Assembly (NCBI GenBank): GCA_002348225.1
Contig: DEAP01000012.1
Coordinates: 1-49,219, forward strand
DNA from: Dehalococcoidia bacterium UBA2979
Lineage (GTDB): Bacteria; Chloroflexota; Dehalococcoidia; UBA2979
Length of the DNA stretch: 49,219 nt
Reading direction: 5' to 3'
Of the stretch, positions 17,800-26,370 are shown piece by piece. A model generated the notes under the pieces. It made no database searches. It saw only the letters and a list, made by a program, of their open reading frames with translations, and was not told the DNA's origin. Position 1 is the stretch's first letter, and each line of letters starts with the position of its first letter. A program made the position numbers and the translations under genes.

Positions 17800-17825
17800 G
17801 CCTGACGTAAATTTCTACGCCAGGC
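17800..17825 (-). promoter_or_regulatory. 10-bp stem-loop directly after the leader ORF (possible attenuator)
   Basis: Minus strand GCCTGGCGTA-gaaatt-TACGTCAGGC, one G-U pair. The following U-tract (ccttaactt) is weak. Confidence 0.5.
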
Positions 17826-17893
17826 TAGGCCATGAGCCGGAGCATGAAGAGAACAGTGACTCGCGTAGATTTGCCAAGAGCGGTTTTTGCCAT
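17825..17893 (-). CDS. Putative 22-aa leader peptide MAKTALGKSTRVTVLFMLRLMA
   Basis: SD AGAAGAGG 6 nt upstream of ATG 17893; the TAG stop overlaps the first base of the hairpin; lies in the 5' region of the sulfur cluster. Confidence 0.45.
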   Translation of the reverse strand: MAKTALGKSTRVTVLFMLRLMA

Positions 17894-17944
17894 TGCTAGC
17901 CTCTTCTAATTACTCGCAAACCATAGATTACTTTGCAGCGATGG

Positions 17945-19414
17945 TCAATCGAGCTTGGAGACCTTTGACCGAAGTAAGATTAAGCAAACTATTAGAAGGG
18001 CGATTGCAGTTAGAAATAGACCTGTTCGTATGCCGATTAAGTCAGCCAACTGTCCAAATAGAAAAACCCCAAACATGGTGAATCCAAATTCCATCATGTA
18101 AAGACTACTAACCCGGCCTCGGTATTCGTCAGCGGAGTATGACTGAACCAGTACGTTTGAGAGTGTCTGGCGGGCAGCCTGCGGTAAGCCTGACAAGAGA
18201 AGCACGAACGCGGTGAGTAAAACTGACTCCGATATGGCGAGAACAGCGATTATCACGCTTAGGAAAGCGGCGGCAAGGACGAGTACCCTTCCTCGGTTTT
18301 TCGGTAACATATTGCCGATCAAGAATGACCCTAAGATTGTTCCTACGCCCGTCAGGCCGTACAGAAGGCCTACGGTCAGTTCATCAGCCTGTAATTCATT
18401 CTCTAGGAAGGGTGCGAGAAGAGTATGAAATGGCATTACGAAGATCACGATGAAAAAATTAGCTACGAGGACAGAGCGAACAGACAGATTGGTTCGAGCG
18501 TAGTTGAATCCCTGAACGATATCGCCAAAGGCCGCTTTCAGTGAGCGCCCACCACTTTCAACGGAAGCCGGATAACCTTTTACTGGCATCAGGGCGAATA
18601 CGGCGCCGAAGTAAGCAATCGCCATTACCAGATAGACCCATGTCGATCCTGCGACCAAGTCGCCCGGAACTAGGAACAGTCCGAGTGCCATCAGTGGTGG
18701 TGCAACTGCTCGGGTAATAGCCATGCCGGCTCCTGAGAGTGCTACACCACTAGTGAGCTGGTCTTTACCCAAAATCTGTGCGATCAGAGCCTGCCGTGCG
18801 GGCATCATCAAGGGCATAATCGCCCCATGTATTACACCGGCAATGATCAGGTGATAAATATCCATCATTCCCATGACAAGCATGGCGAATATGTACATCG
18901 AATTAAATCCATTTAGAAGTTGACCTATTTGTATTATTTTCTGCTTAGGCACACGATCGGCTAGTAACCCGCCGATCGGAGAAAGTACCAACATTGGGAT
19001 AGCTCCAGCAAGCGTAACCCAGCCGGCCCAGCCGTAAGATCCGGTAAGCGCGTACGCGAGCCACGGCTTTATCACCATTTGCATATTCATCGGTATGAAG
19101 TGACCATACATCGATAAGTAGAACCACCTAAAGCTGGTATTTTTTAGGGCAGCGAACGCCCTCGGCCCCGAAGGTTGATCGCTATGCTGTCTTGGGACCT
19201 TTATTGTTTGCGGAGTTGGGGCAATGTGGTTTGTCATATGCGGGCTACTGCCTGGCCCATAGCGCATCCTTCTAACGCTTGGCCTCGTGGATCTTGAAGC
19301 CTCGGCACCAGCATACGACTGGTTTCCGGCGGATCCGCTTTGAGAGTTTCTGCGCCTAGATTGCTGCGAGAGCCGGTAGGGTTTGGGCCTAGATCGCCTG
19401 GATTCGATAGTCAC
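17945..19414 (-). CDS. MFS transporter (about 12 TM)
   Basis: FAALKNTSFRWF, GGLLADRVPK, PARQALI, YRGRVSS. Start uncertain (ATG 19237 or 19267 are possible); the N-terminal ~60 aa are R/S-rich. Confidence 0.88.
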   Translation of the reverse strand: MTIESRRSRPKPYRLSQQSRRRNSQSGSAGNQSYAGAEASRSTRPSVRRMRYGPGSSPHMTNHIAPTPQTIKVPRQHSDQPSGPRAFAALKNTSFRWFYLSMYGHFIPMNMQMVIKPWLAYALTGSYGWAGWVTLAGAIPMLVLSPIGGLLADRVPKQKIIQIGQLLNGFNSMYIFAMLVMGMMDIYHLIIAGVIHGAIMPLMMPARQALIAQILGKDQLTSGVALSGAGMAITRAVAPPLMALGLFLVPGDLVAGSTWVYLVMAIAYFGAVFALMPVKGYPASVESGGRSLKAAFGDIVQGFNYARTNLSVRSVLVANFFIVIFVMPFHTLLAPFLENELQADELTVGLLYGLTGVGTILGSFLIGNMLPKNRGRVLVLAAAFLSVIIAVLAISESVLLTAFVLLLSGLPQAARQTLSNVLVQSYSADEYRGRVSSLYMMEFGFTMFGVFLFGQLADLIGIRTGLFLTAIALLIVCLILLRSKVSKLD

Positions 19415-19538
19415 TGTAGAAAACCCCGTACTGCTGATGCTCTCCGAAAAGGTACCACGGCGGTTGCTTCACCGCTTCCTCTTGAAATTCGACTATTTGC
19501 CTTTATGATTTATCAGCGAGCGCTGATGGAGGTCTCCG

Positions 19539-22055
19539 GTGTTGAACGACGCTAATTCAGAAATTGGTCCCTTAGCAGGTGTATTGGTCATCGATGCGAG
19601 TGATTCTCGTGGTGAAATGTGTGGCAGGATGCTTGCTGATTTAGGTGCCTGCGTCCTCAAAATCGAGCCCTATGAGGGTGTGAACACCAGATCGTTGAAG
19701 CCAATAGATATGTCCAACGGTGAGTCTCTCTATTGGGCTCACGTAGGTGCTGGAAAACAGTCATTGAGTATGAATATGGATTCAGAAAATGGCCGTTCAC
19801 AATTGTATAAATTGATATCAGAGGCTGATATCTTCATCGAAAGTTCGCCCATAGGCCAAATGTCCGAACTAGGCTTTGGTTATGATGACTTGTCGGTAAT
19901 GAATGAGCGTTTGGTTTACGTCTCGATTTCACCCTATGGCCAAACAGGCCCAAAGTCTGATTGGCCGGCCACTGACTTCACGATCGAAGCAGCCGCGGGC
20001 CTGACTACTCTGCAGGGAGACGGTGATAGGCCTCCGCTGGCGATAGGCTATCCGCAAGCATCCTTTCACTCTGGCGGGCAGGCGGCGGCGGATGCAATCA
20101 TAGCCTTGAATGAACGGGTGTTGAGTGGCCGGGGTCAATATCTTGATGTATCAATGCAGACTGTAATGTTGTGGACATTGATGCATGCAACAGGTTTTTG
20201 GCCGATGGAGGGGTGTGAACCACCATTAACAGGAGACGACAGAAACGATCCTCACCCGATGATTGGCAAACTTGATCTCAGTGGCTTAAATACTGTGAAA
20301 GTGGCAGATGGGTATGTCCTTGCGTCATTACGTGGCGGACGCTTCGGTGCGAGAGTATTTCGAATGGCGGCGCAGTTGGCAGAAATGGATGGCGAGCTCC
20401 CTCACACCTTGCGTGAAATAGATTGGACTGAGTTAGCAAACGGTATCGATCCGAGTGCAGATGCTGAAACGATCTCGCTGATCGGTGAGGCTACCGAAAT
20501 GGTCCATCGTTCATTTGGTAAACGGACTAAAGCTGAGCTTTTTGATAGAGCGGTATTGAGTGACGCTCAAGTTGCTCCAGTCAATAGTATTGGGGATCTG
20601 GTCGATCGAGACCCACAGCTGAGATCTAGAGGATTCTGGAAGAAAATTGGCAACCGCATGCATCCAAATACCCCATTGAAATTAAGTAACACGCCAGGGA
20701 ATTTGTCAGATCCTGCTCCGATACTGGGTTCCTCAAACGACTTACTAGACCATCCCTTCGAATTTGCAGAGGATTTACCGTTGAGGGGATTGTTTGCTCA
20801 AGAGGGGAAGCAATCTGATGGTGAACGGCTTGGGCAAGCTTTTGCTGGACTGAAGGTTGCTGATTTTTCGTGGGTCGGGGTCGGACCCATCTCGGCTAAA
20901 GCGTTAGCTGATCATGGCGCTACGGTGGTTCATATCGAGAGCGCTACGATTCCAGACGTATTACGGATGGGCCGCCCGGCCAAGGACGGAGTGCTTGGCT
21001 TGGACCGGGGCCAATTTTTCGCGAATTTCAATACATCTAAGTATGGTCTGCAATTGAATCTTCGGAGTGAATGGGGCAAGAATATAGCTAGGCAGCTGAT
21101 TGACTGGGCCGATGTTGTCGTGGACTCGTTCACTTCGGGAACGATGAAGCGCCTAGGTTTTGACCACACGGAAATTCTTAGAGACCGCCCGGATCTAATT
21201 TGGTACAGCACCACTTTGCGAGGCCAGACTGGCCCGCATGCCACGTTCGGCGGATTTGGCCAGCAAGGGAGCGCGATCGCGGGATTGCACGGCCTGACAG
21301 GATGGGCAGACAGAGCTCCAGCTGGGACGTGGGGGGCGTACACAGACTTCATAACGCCCCGTTATGGTGTGTCCGCGCTCGCGTCAGCTGTTCTTCACCG
21401 AAGGGCGACTGGCCAGGGACAGTTTATTGATTTGTCACAAGTGGAATCGGGTATGCAATTCATCGGCCCGTTGTTACTGGACTACATGGCAAACGGCAAT
21501 CTTGCAGCGAGTAAAGGTAATTCGTCTTGGTACGCCTGTCCTAATCAGGTTTATTCAACAGAGGATGGCGTTGAGCGGTATATAGCCATTTCCTGTGAGA
21601 CTTTTGAGCAGTGGAGTAATCTCGTTGATGTAGTTAGCGCGTCGGTACCGTACGAAGGATTTGATCCGATGGAACTTACATCAGTTGAGGACCGCTTGGA
21701 GTTCGAGGATCAAATTAATACTTGGATAGCCGGGTGGTGTGGTGCAAGAGACGGGCGAGAAATCGAATCACAGCTAATAGAAGCAGGAGTGCCAGCCTCG
21801 GTGGTCCAACGCACGAGCGAGTTGTATTCTGATGATCAGATTTCACATAGGGCATTCTTTGAGACCCATAATCACGCACTCATGGGGCCAACTCCATATG
21901 ACGGGCATTCCACCAGATTTTCTGCGAGGCCGGGGAATTACCTGCGGGGTCCTGGCCCAATAATGGGCCAACATACTCACGAAGTACTTACCGATATCCT
22001 TGGTATGGATGTTCTGGATATAGCTGATGCTGCGGCTTCTGGAGCTTTCGAGTAG
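19539..22055 (+). CDS. Family III (CaiB/BaiF) CoA-transferase, tandem two-domain fusion
   Basis: Two copies of the PL.G..V.D…LAD.GA.V..IE fold. The catalytic Asp appears only in the second half (GAYTDFITP). Confidence 0.9.
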   Translation: MLNDANSEIGPLAGVLVIDASDSRGEMCGRMLADLGACVLKIEPYEGVNTRSLKPIDMSNGESLYWAHVGAGKQSLSMNMDSENGRSQLYKLISEADIFIESSPIGQMSELGFGYDDLSVMNERLVYVSISPYGQTGPKSDWPATDFTIEAAAGLTTLQGDGDRPPLAIGYPQASFHSGGQAAADAIIALNERVLSGRGQYLDVSMQTVMLWTLMHATGFWPMEGCEPPLTGDDRNDPHPMIGKLDLSGLNTVKVADGYVLASLRGGRFGARVFRMAAQLAEMDGELPHTLREIDWTELANGIDPSADAETISLIGEATEMVHRSFGKRTKAELFDRAVLSDAQVAPVNSIGDLVDRDPQLRSRGFWKKIGNRMHPNTPLKLSNTPGNLSDPAPILGSSNDLLDHPFEFAEDLPLRGLFAQEGKQSDGERLGQAFAGLKVADFSWVGVGPISAKALADHGATVVHIESATIPDVLRMGRPAKDGVLGLDRGQFFANFNTSKYGLQLNLRSEWGKNIARQLIDWADVVVDSFTSGTMKRLGFDHTEILRDRPDLIWYSTTLRGQTGPHATFGGFGQQGSAIAGLHGLTGWADRAPAGTWGAYTDFITPRYGVSALASAVLHRRATGQGQFIDLSQVESGMQFIGPLLLDYMANGNLAASKGNSSWYACPNQVYSTEDGVERYIAISCETFEQWSNLVDVVSASVPYEGFDPMELTSVEDRLEFEDQINTWIAGWCGARDGREIESQLIEAGVPASVVQRTSELYSDDQISHRAFFETHNHALMGPTPYDGHSTRFSARPGNYLRGPGPIMGQHTHEVLTDILGMDVLDIADAAASGAFE

Positions 22056-22119
22056 GATCAGTAAGCGAGCTACATTTCGTGCGGGGACGCTACTGTAGGG
22101 GTAATACTGGTGTCCACAT

Positions 22120-23697
22120 ATGCGGATTAAGTTTTTGATCTTCCTTAAATCCTTCTCAGCCCGACTTAGTAGACCTCAAAAGATATTGGTTTTGTTGCTT
22201 CTTGTTGGAGGGGCATTGTTGACAGGTAGTCCTGGCCTCCTCTCGGAGGATGTAAGCAAAGTCAGAGAAAATTCATGGCTCCGGGTTCAGAATGTAGGCG
22301 ATACGCCGGCGCTCGTGAAAGTGGCTCATTACGGATACGATGGAGAGCAGGTTGCGGCAGAAATCTGCCCCAGTGCTGCTTGTAAATCAGTGCCTGCTGG
22401 GTCGGGATGGACTTTTTTCACCGAGACAAATGACGATCTACTCACTCAGTTTTACGGTTCGACAAAGATCACCGGCGATCAACCATTTGTTGCCGTTGCG
22501 GGTAGAGATTTTATGTTCAGTAAGGACGATGGCTGGTATCTCCTGATTGGGGGCGACACGTACTGGTTAGGAGCCTCGGGCTCGAAGGTGATATTGCCAT
22601 TTGTGGAGAATGTTCCCGAAAAGTACTCCCGGATTCATGTGAATAATGTGAGCACAGATACTCCGGCCTGCGTCAAGATTACGTACTACCGTGAGGGTGA
22701 GATGCAGCCGTCCGCTTCTGAGCCGGAAACGGCTGAAGACGGGTGTCCAGAGGGTGGCTATTACTTAGATCCAAATGAGTCCATGTTGCGAGATGCAATC
22801 TCTCTGCCAGTCGATCTGGGGTTTTCAGGCATGGGGATAGTGTCGAGCCATTTGGCGGTCCGAGACGGCTTTACAGTGTCAGTTAGAGAGCAGGCTATCG
22901 CAGCCGCTGTTGATACGATTTCGGTTGAGGAAGATGCGTTCGCGAGTTATAGAGGCCTCAGTGCGAATGAGACGGGGCGAGATATCGTGCTGCCGGTTAT
23001 TGAGAGGGAGGCAAGCCGAGCAGACTCAGATATTGAATCTAAGTGGACCAGTAAGTTCCGCATTGCACCCCTTAATCCGACAATTCCGTACACCGTTAGT
23101 TTCCGGTATAGCGGAAGCACCGGAGACGGAGTGGAATTCGAAGCGGAGCAGGAATTTTTAGTGGAGGGTGCGCTGACCTGTGATCAAGGGTCGATTGGAG
23201 CCGAGGCATGTCTGCCCGATTTATTAGAATTGCCAATAGGATTTTCTGGCACTGTGAGAATATCCAGTGCGGAAAGTATGGCAGTTATTGTCCAGCGAAG
23301 CAGTAGCAGCGGAGCGTATGGAGATTACAGAGGCTTTACGTCGCGGGAAGCGAGTACGCAGGTAGTACTCCCAGTGGTAAACAAGAGACTAGCACCCTGG
23401 GGTGGCAACGATGGTTGGAGTTCATCAGTTCACGTCCAGCCATTTGATGGCGGCGAAGCGACCGTATCTTTTTTCTACTTTTCTCCCGAGTTAGACGCCA
23501 ATGGGCTGTACCGCCCTATGGGCAGAATTAGCGGCCATCAAGTATTTCATCAGGCAGATGACCGGTTTCTGCCGGATGATTGGGTTGGTTCGCTTGTGGT
23601 GGTCTCGACCAGACCTATAGTGGCACTAGTCAGTCTAGAGAGTGACGCGTTTAAAGGAGATCCAGTGATGATGTATAACGGAGTGTCACTTGAGTAG
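22120..23697 (+). CDS. Secreted or membrane-anchored hypothetical protein with about 4 beta-rich repeats
   Basis: Basic then hydrophobic N-terminus (KILVLLLLVGGALL); repeated V/I-V/I-LP.V…S.(I/V).V…F/W.G…I/V.S units. Confidence 0.7.
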   Translation: MRIKFLIFLKSFSARLSRPQKILVLLLLVGGALLTGSPGLLSEDVSKVRENSWLRVQNVGDTPALVKVAHYGYDGEQVAAEICPSAACKSVPAGSGWTFFTETNDDLLTQFYGSTKITGDQPFVAVAGRDFMFSKDDGWYLLIGGDTYWLGASGSKVILPFVENVPEKYSRIHVNNVSTDTPACVKITYYREGEMQPSASEPETAEDGCPEGGYYLDPNESMLRDAISLPVDLGFSGMGIVSSHLAVRDGFTVSVREQAIAAAVDTISVEEDAFASYRGLSANETGRDIVLPVIEREASRADSDIESKWTSKFRIAPLNPTIPYTVSFRYSGSTGDGVEFEAEQEFLVEGALTCDQGSIGAEACLPDLLELPIGFSGTVRISSAESMAVIVQRSSSSGAYGDYRGFTSREASTQVVLPVVNKRLAPWGGNDGWSSSVHVQPFDGGEATVSFFYFSPELDANGLYRPMGRISGHQVFHQADDRFLPDDWVGSLVVVSTRPIVALVSLESDAFKGDPVMMYNGVSLE

Positions 23698-24208
23698 TTC
23701 GAACAATGTATTCAACATGGACCAACTTGATCCCGCTATCAGAGGTGTACTGTCTTCGATATTGACAAAATATGATGGTGGGCCGAAGACAGGGATATTC
23801 ACAGACGGTTCGTGTCAGATAAACCCAGGCAAAGGTGGCTGGGGAGTAGTGCAGGTCAGTCAGGATGAGATCATTTGTGAAAAGGCCGGCTTTGCCGAGC
23901 AAACTACGAACAATCGTATGGAACTCGTAGCGATGATTGAAGGCCTCAGGCTACTTGACCCGAAAGTGGAGTACGAGATATTCAGCGACAGTCAATTAGT
24001 TGTGAACACACTCAACAAATGGGCTCAAAATTGGGCTAAGTTAGGGTGGAAAAGAAGGACCGGGGAAATTGCTAATATCGAACTGGTGCAAGAGGCATAT
24101 GCATTATTTCTAGACCGGCCGCTCGCGAAAGTCAGGTGGATAAAAGCTCACAATGGTGAAAAATGGAACGAGTACGCCGACACGTTGGCCTCTTTGTACC
24201 TGCGATAA
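23690..24208 (+). CDS. rnhA: Ribonuclease HI
   Basis: FTDGSC..NPG.GGWG, TTNNRMEL, SDSQL, WIKAHNG..WNEYAD. Confidence 0.95.
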   Translation: MSSSNNVFNMDQLDPAIRGVLSSILTKYDGGPKTGIFTDGSCQINPGKGGWGVVQVSQDEIICEKAGFAEQTTNNRMELVAMIEGLRLLDPKVEYEIFSDSQLVVNTLNKWAQNWAKLGWKRRTGEIANIELVQEAYALFLDRPLAKVRWIKAHNGEKWNEYADTLASLYLR

Positions 24209-24235
24209 GTAAAAAACAAGCTCTTCGTCCAGTCA

Positions 24236-24285
24236 GTAATGTTTGTGGTTAATTAACACTGGGGATACTAAACTTCAAACATTAC
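24236..24285. repeat. Perfect 10-bp inverted repeat enclosing a 10-bp palindrome, upstream of coaX
   Basis: GTAATGTTTG (24236-45) and CAAACATTAC (24276-85); inner GTTAATTAAC (24248-57). Confidence 0.6.
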
Positions 24286-24314
24286 ATATCACGGTTTGGT
24301 GATGGGGTGCGGAA

Positions 24315-25109
24315 TTGACTGAGACAAGCAAGGCCTCCATGGACAGGCTTTTGGCGATCGACGCTGGCAATACCAGCGTGGCGATCGGTGTTTTCGATGG
24401 GGACGAATTAATTCGTACCTTTCGTGTGGCGTCGAACCGTGACCGATTTACCGACGAGTGGACTATCTATGTCGACGGTCTCCTGAGGTCGCGTGGCGTG
24501 GACCCCTCTTCGATTACCTGTGCGGCAGTTTCCTCCACTGTTCCAGCATTGCGTGAGATCTTTGAAAACATTTGTGAAAGCCACTATGCCGTGCCTCTTT
24601 TAGTAGTTGATGCGAGCGTCGATCATGGAGTCAATATCAGTTACGAAAACGAGCATGAAATAGGTCCTGATCGGATACTTCATGCAGTAGCCGGTTTGGC
24701 AAAATATGAACCGCCGTTAGTGATTGTCGACCTAGGCACAGCATGCGTTTTCGACGCAATTGACGCGGACGGTTATTACCTTGGCGGAGCGATTTCTCCT
24801 GGGATTGGTTTGGCCTCATCCGCGTTATTTGAGAAGGCTGCACTGCTTCGGAGTGTGGAACTGAAAGCCCCGGAAAATTCAATTGGCACTAATACGGAAC
24901 ACGCTTTGCAATCCGGGATTTGCCTCGGATACGGAGCCCTCGTTGATGGCATGGTCAGCAGATTTAAGTCTGAGATGTCGGGGGATGTCACGGTCATCGG
25001 AACCGGAGGCTATATCGATCTGGTGCGAGGCACGGTAAGCTGTTTTGACGTATTCGAAGAGGATCTAAACCTTCGCGGGTTACAGATCCTCAGTAAGCGG
25101 GCGAGATAA
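24315..25109 (+). CDS. coaX: Type III pantothenate kinase
   Basis: LLAIDAGNT, SSTVP, IGPDR, IVDLGTA..FD, YLGGAISPG, IGTGG. Confidence 0.95.
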   Translation: MTETSKASMDRLLAIDAGNTSVAIGVFDGDELIRTFRVASNRDRFTDEWTIYVDGLLRSRGVDPSSITCAAVSSTVPALREIFENICESHYAVPLLVVDASVDHGVNISYENEHEIGPDRILHAVAGLAKYEPPLVIVDLGTACVFDAIDADGYYLGGAISPGIGLASSALFEKAALLRSVELKAPENSIGTNTEHALQSGICLGYGALVDGMVSRFKSEMSGDVTVIGTGGYIDLVRGTVSCFDVFEEDLNLRGLQILSKRAR

Positions 25110-25112
25110 TCA

Positions 25113-26369
25113 ATGACTGAGCAAGAACCGATTGCTGTGATAGAAAATGGAGATCCTTTGGAAGGGCTGACAATTGCTCTTGGTGTAACAGGATCTATTT
25201 CCTGTTATAAATCTCTGGAAATAGCGAGCAGACTAGTGCAGGCTGGCGCAACTGTTGATGTGATAATGACGAAGAACGCGACGCAATTTGTGCAACCTTT
25301 GGCGTTCAAGGCGATAACCGCGAGGGTTCCATACGTTGATATGTTCGATCCGGCTGCGCCTGAGGGAGAATCCCACGTCGAAATTGCGCGCCGCTGTGAT
25401 GCCATGCTCATTGCTCCAGCGACTGCGTCATCAATGTCGAAAATAGCAAACGGTCTATCAGATGACTTTGTCTCATTAACAGCGATTGCGACCAAGAGCC
25501 CAGTGTTATTGGCACCGGCTATGGACTCAAATATGTGGGATCACTTCGCGACCCAGGCCAATTTAAGCACTTTGGCTGATGCGGGGATACAGATTATCGG
25601 TCCGTCAGAAGGGCGCCTGGCTTCAGGAAGAACTGGTTATGGGAGACTCGTCGAGCCGATCGATATCGTTGATGAATTGCGAGCGAGAATTGGACGGGAG
25701 CAAGGTGACCTCAGAGGGCGCCGAGTCGTAGTCACAGCAGGTGGCTCAAGAGAAGCCATCGATCCCGTTAGATTCATTAGTAACAGGTCCAGTGGAAAGA
25801 TGGGATATGCAATCGCGCAGGCAGCCCGGGACAGAGGGGCTCTAGTTACTCTAATTAGTACAGTTGATCGGAGAGTCCCAGCATGCGTGCAACTTGTAGA
25901 GGTCGAGAGTGCTGCTGATATGCATGAGGCTGTCCTGAACGAAACCCGAACGGCTGACATTTTAGTCATGGCCGCTGCTGTTGCTGACTACCGCCCAGCT
26001 GCGGTTGCAGATCAAAAAATCAAGAAAACAGAAGATGACAAGCGCGACGCAAGCATCCCGCTTGAGAAGACCACTGACATCATTGCCTCTGTGTCTCGTG
26101 AACAGGCGTCTGGACGGTTGGTGAAAGTTGCGTTTGCTGCGGAAACGGAGAACCTCCTTGCGAATGCGCGAAAGAAAATCGAGTCGAAGAATATAGATTT
26201 CATAGTTGCAAACGACGTATCAGCGACTGACTCGGGTTTTGCAACTGACACGAACCGAGTGACTATCATTGATGAACAAGGAACGGAAGAGTCACTCCCG
26301 TTGATGTCTAAGGTACTCGTCGGCCACAAGATTCTGAACCGATCATTAGGCTTGCTAGAGAGTCCCTAA
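25113..26369 (+). CDS. coaBC: Bifunctional PPC decarboxylase/PPC synthetase
   Basis: LGVTGSI..YK, IAPATA, APAM, VTAGG.RE.IDPVRFISNRSSGKMG, AAVADY, FAAET, IVANDV. Confidence 0.96.
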   Translation: MTEQEPIAVIENGDPLEGLTIALGVTGSISCYKSLEIASRLVQAGATVDVIMTKNATQFVQPLAFKAITARVPYVDMFDPAAPEGESHVEIARRCDAMLIAPATASSMSKIANGLSDDFVSLTAIATKSPVLLAPAMDSNMWDHFATQANLSTLADAGIQIIGPSEGRLASGRTGYGRLVEPIDIVDELRARIGREQGDLRGRRVVVTAGGSREAIDPVRFISNRSSGKMGYAIAQAARDRGALVTLISTVDRRVPACVQLVEVESAADMHEAVLNETRTADILVMAAAVADYRPAAVADQKIKKTEDDKRDASIPLEKTTDIIASVSREQASGRLVKVAFAAETENLLANARKKIESKNIDFIVANDVSATDSGFATDTNRVTIIDEQGTEESLPLMSKVLVGHKILNRSLGLLESP

Positions 26370-26370
26370 T

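Noticed and set aside
17752-17944. SAM or T-box riboswitch upstream of the ThrC-like gene
   Set aside because: I could not find the SAM-I/IV core motifs or a T-box sequence. An Rfam scan would be decisive.
19237-19414. Riboswitch or ncRNA in the R/S-rich 5' part of the MFS ORF
   Set aside because: No recognisable aptamer consensus. It could be a disordered N-terminus or a 5' UTR, which I cannot resolve from sequence alone.
25113-26369. CoaBC with PAMD and LASG in place of E. coli PAMN and ACG (catalytic Cys absent)
   Set aside because: As far as I recall, Cys-less variants occur in intact CoaBC from other phyla. The gene is otherwise complete, so I do not treat it as inactive or novel.
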